Positions 61,930 to 64,000 of a DNA stretch of 64,000 nucleotides are shown one piece after another; position 1 is the stretch's first letter, and every line of letters starts with the position of its first letter. Below the pieces are notes generated by a model. The model had not been told where the DNA came from. It worked only from the letters and a program-made list of their open reading frames with translations, and ran no database searches. The position numbers were made by a program, and so were the translations under genes. Origin of the DNA: an uncultured candidate division Zixibacteria bacterium (GTDB taxonomy: Bacteria > Zixibacteria > MSB-5A5 > UBA10806); NCBI GenBank assembly GCA_963817915.1, contig CAWFQL010000006.1, forward strand, positions 160,001-224,000, in the 5' to 3' direction.

Positions 61930-63543
61930 CTACCTTTTCCCTGCTTTTTTTGATGTTTTCTTCGCGGCTTTTTTAGGCGCGCTTTTGGCTTTTGATGCTT
62001 TTTTCGGCGATGATGTTTTCAAAGCCGATTTGACTGTCCTGGAAGCATCGGATGCCAGCTTCGATAATGTCTTTTCAAAATCCTGGGCGGCCTTGCGGGC
62101 CTTGGGACCATATTGCGAAATTGCCTTTTGCGCCATCTGTTCTAATCTATCGCCGGCGTCCTTAGCCTTAGGGCCGATAACGGCCGCGGCATCATTGGCA
62201 ACTCTCTCTATAGTCTTGTGAGCAGTATGAGCCAAAAGCTTCAGGGCTTCTGTATCAACTGTTTGCGGCTTGCCGATATTTTTCAATTCCTGTACATACT
62301 TTCTGGGATCGGCTATTACTCCGGCGATAGCAGTCGCGGCCACAGTAGCGGGCGACGCAAGGTAAATATTACCCTCGGGATTGCCCATTCTACCCTGGAA
62401 ATTGCGGTTTTGGGTTGCCAGGCAGTTTTCGCCATCACCTAATATGCCGCCGTGAACTCCGACGCATGGACCGCATCCGGGAGCTACCATCACTGCCCCG
62501 AATTCAACGAGAGTCTGATAGTAACCCTTTTCCATAGCTGCAATCATTACGTCTCTTGAACCGGGCACGGCGATAAATCTGATATTTGGAGCTTTGGTTT
62601 TCCCTTTCACCATTTTGGCGACGATTTCCCAATCCTCGATTCTGGAATTGGTACAGGTGCCGAGAAATACCTGGTCGATCTTTGTGCCGGCAGCTTCGTC
62701 GATTGTGCGAGTATTATCCACCGCATGCGGAAAGCTGACTGTAGGCTTAAGCTTGGAAACATCAATTTCAATGACGCGTTCGTAGGCGGCGTCTTTATCT
62801 GCCTGCATCGGCACATATTTGTCGCCACGACCCATTGACTCCATGAATTTGCGGGTAGTTTCGTCGGAGGCAATCAGACCAACTTTCGCTCCGGCCTCTA
62901 CTGCCATGTTGGAAAGCGTGAAGCGTCCTGCCATTTCCATCTTTTCGATGGTTGGGCCGCAGAATTCCAACGCTTTATATGTGGCACCGTCAGCGCCAAT
63001 CAACCCGATAATATGCAGCATCAAGTCCTTTGGGAAAACACCCAATGGAAATTCGCCGCTTACAACTATTTTAAATGTCTCAGGAACCCTAAACCATGTT
63101 TTCCCGAATGCCATTCCAACGGCGACGTCGGTTGAGCCCATTCCGGTAGCGAAGCAGCACAAAGCTCCGCCGGTACAGGTATGACTATCGGCGCCGATTA
63201 GCACTTCGCCGGGATTGACATATTTCTCGTTAATGACGACATGACAGATTCCCATTCCAACATCGGAAAGAATCGCGCCAGTCTTTTTCGCAAATTCCCG
63301 GATGAACATATGATCATTGGATAATTCTTTGCGCGACGATGGCGCCGAGTGATCGAGAAAGAACACGGTTCTTTTGGGATTCGCGATTTTAGTCGCGCCG
63401 AGTTTTTCCAGCTGGCGGATCGCCAATGGCCCCGTACCGTCCTGAAACAGGCACAGGTCAACTTTGGCGATTGTAATCTCACCCGCGGTTACGTCATGGC
63501 CAGCCCTGTTGCTGAGTATTTTCTCCGCAAGGGTCTTGCCCAT
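61930..63543 (-). CDS. leuC: LeuC/HacA/DmdA-family [4Fe-4S] hydratase large subunit with ~120-aa C-terminal extension
   Basis: MGKTLAEKI, GADSHTCT, GTCTNSR, PGCGPCVG, NRNFQGRMG; substrate uncertain. Confidence 0.88.
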   Translation of the reverse strand: MGKTLAEKILSNRAGHDVTAGEITIAKVDLCLFQDGTGPLAIRQLEKLGATKIANPKRTVFFLDHSAPSSRKELSNDHMFIREFAKKTGAILSDVGMGICHVVINEKYVNPGEVLIGADSHTCTGGALCCFATGMGSTDVAVGMAFGKTWFRVPETFKIVVSGEFPLGVFPKDLMLHIIGLIGADGATYKALEFCGPTIEKMEMAGRFTLSNMAVEAGAKVGLIASDETTRKFMESMGRGDKYVPMQADKDAAYERVIEIDVSKLKPTVSFPHAVDNTRTIDEAAGTKIDQVFLGTCTNSRIEDWEIVAKMVKGKTKAPNIRFIAVPGSRDVMIAAMEKGYYQTLVEFGAVMVAPGCGPCVGVHGGILGDGENCLATQNRNFQGRMGNPEGNIYLASPATVAATAIAGVIADPRKYVQELKNIGKPQTVDTEALKLLAHTAHKTIERVANDAAAVIGPKAKDAGDRLEQMAQKAISQYGPKARKAAQDFEKTLSKLASDASRTVKSALKTSSPKKASKAKSAPKKAAKKTSKKAGKR

Positions 63544-63622
63544 ATTAAAGGCCTCCTCTTTACTTTAATGACCGGGACGAGCCGCTAAATTAATAGGACT
63601 CATCGTAACTGAATTCGGTCGG

Positions 63623-64000
<378 letters not shown>

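Overview
Bacterial chromosomal window, mostly minus-strand genes. Many secreted proteins end in a 'QNYPNPFN...G(I/V)Y' C-terminal sorting domain, and there is a PorV-like barrel, which suggests an FCB-group organism (Zixibacteria-like; inference). Left to right: a TonB-dependent receptor with a Ca-binding repeat insertion; a four-copy tandem array of secreted BNR/T9SS-type paralogs; a lipoate ligase; a giant Ser/Thr kinase-AAA-TPR-GAF-sigma54 activator; the yceD-rpmF-plsX-fabH-fabD-fabG-acpP-fabF-rnc-etfB operon; asnS; nfeD-slipin; a complete selenocysteine locus (selC, selD with in-frame UGA and SECIS, selA, selB); a PorV-SPOR fusion; mntH-USP; ackA; a nucleotidyltransferase TA-like pair; hbd; degraded Rhs toxin/immunity cassettes; and an mdh-'leuC'-'leuD'-liaF-icd cluster. 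Intergenic regions are rich in REP/REPIN-like palindromes. The best novelty candidates are: (1) a two-subunit LeuC/D-type hydratase in the aconitase slot of a TCA cluster, with an apolipoprotein-like 22-mer repeat and histone-H1-like tail; (2) a GU-rich candidate sRNA with a perfect Rex box upstream of selC; (3) a tRNA-Sec that looks leaderless and has a bulged 7-bp acceptor stem; (4) an Rhs core interrupted by a BNR-gene fragment. Several frameshifts, including one in mdh, look like sequencing indels, so single-base observations need read-level checks. No CRISPR array, rRNA, integrase or transposase was seen.
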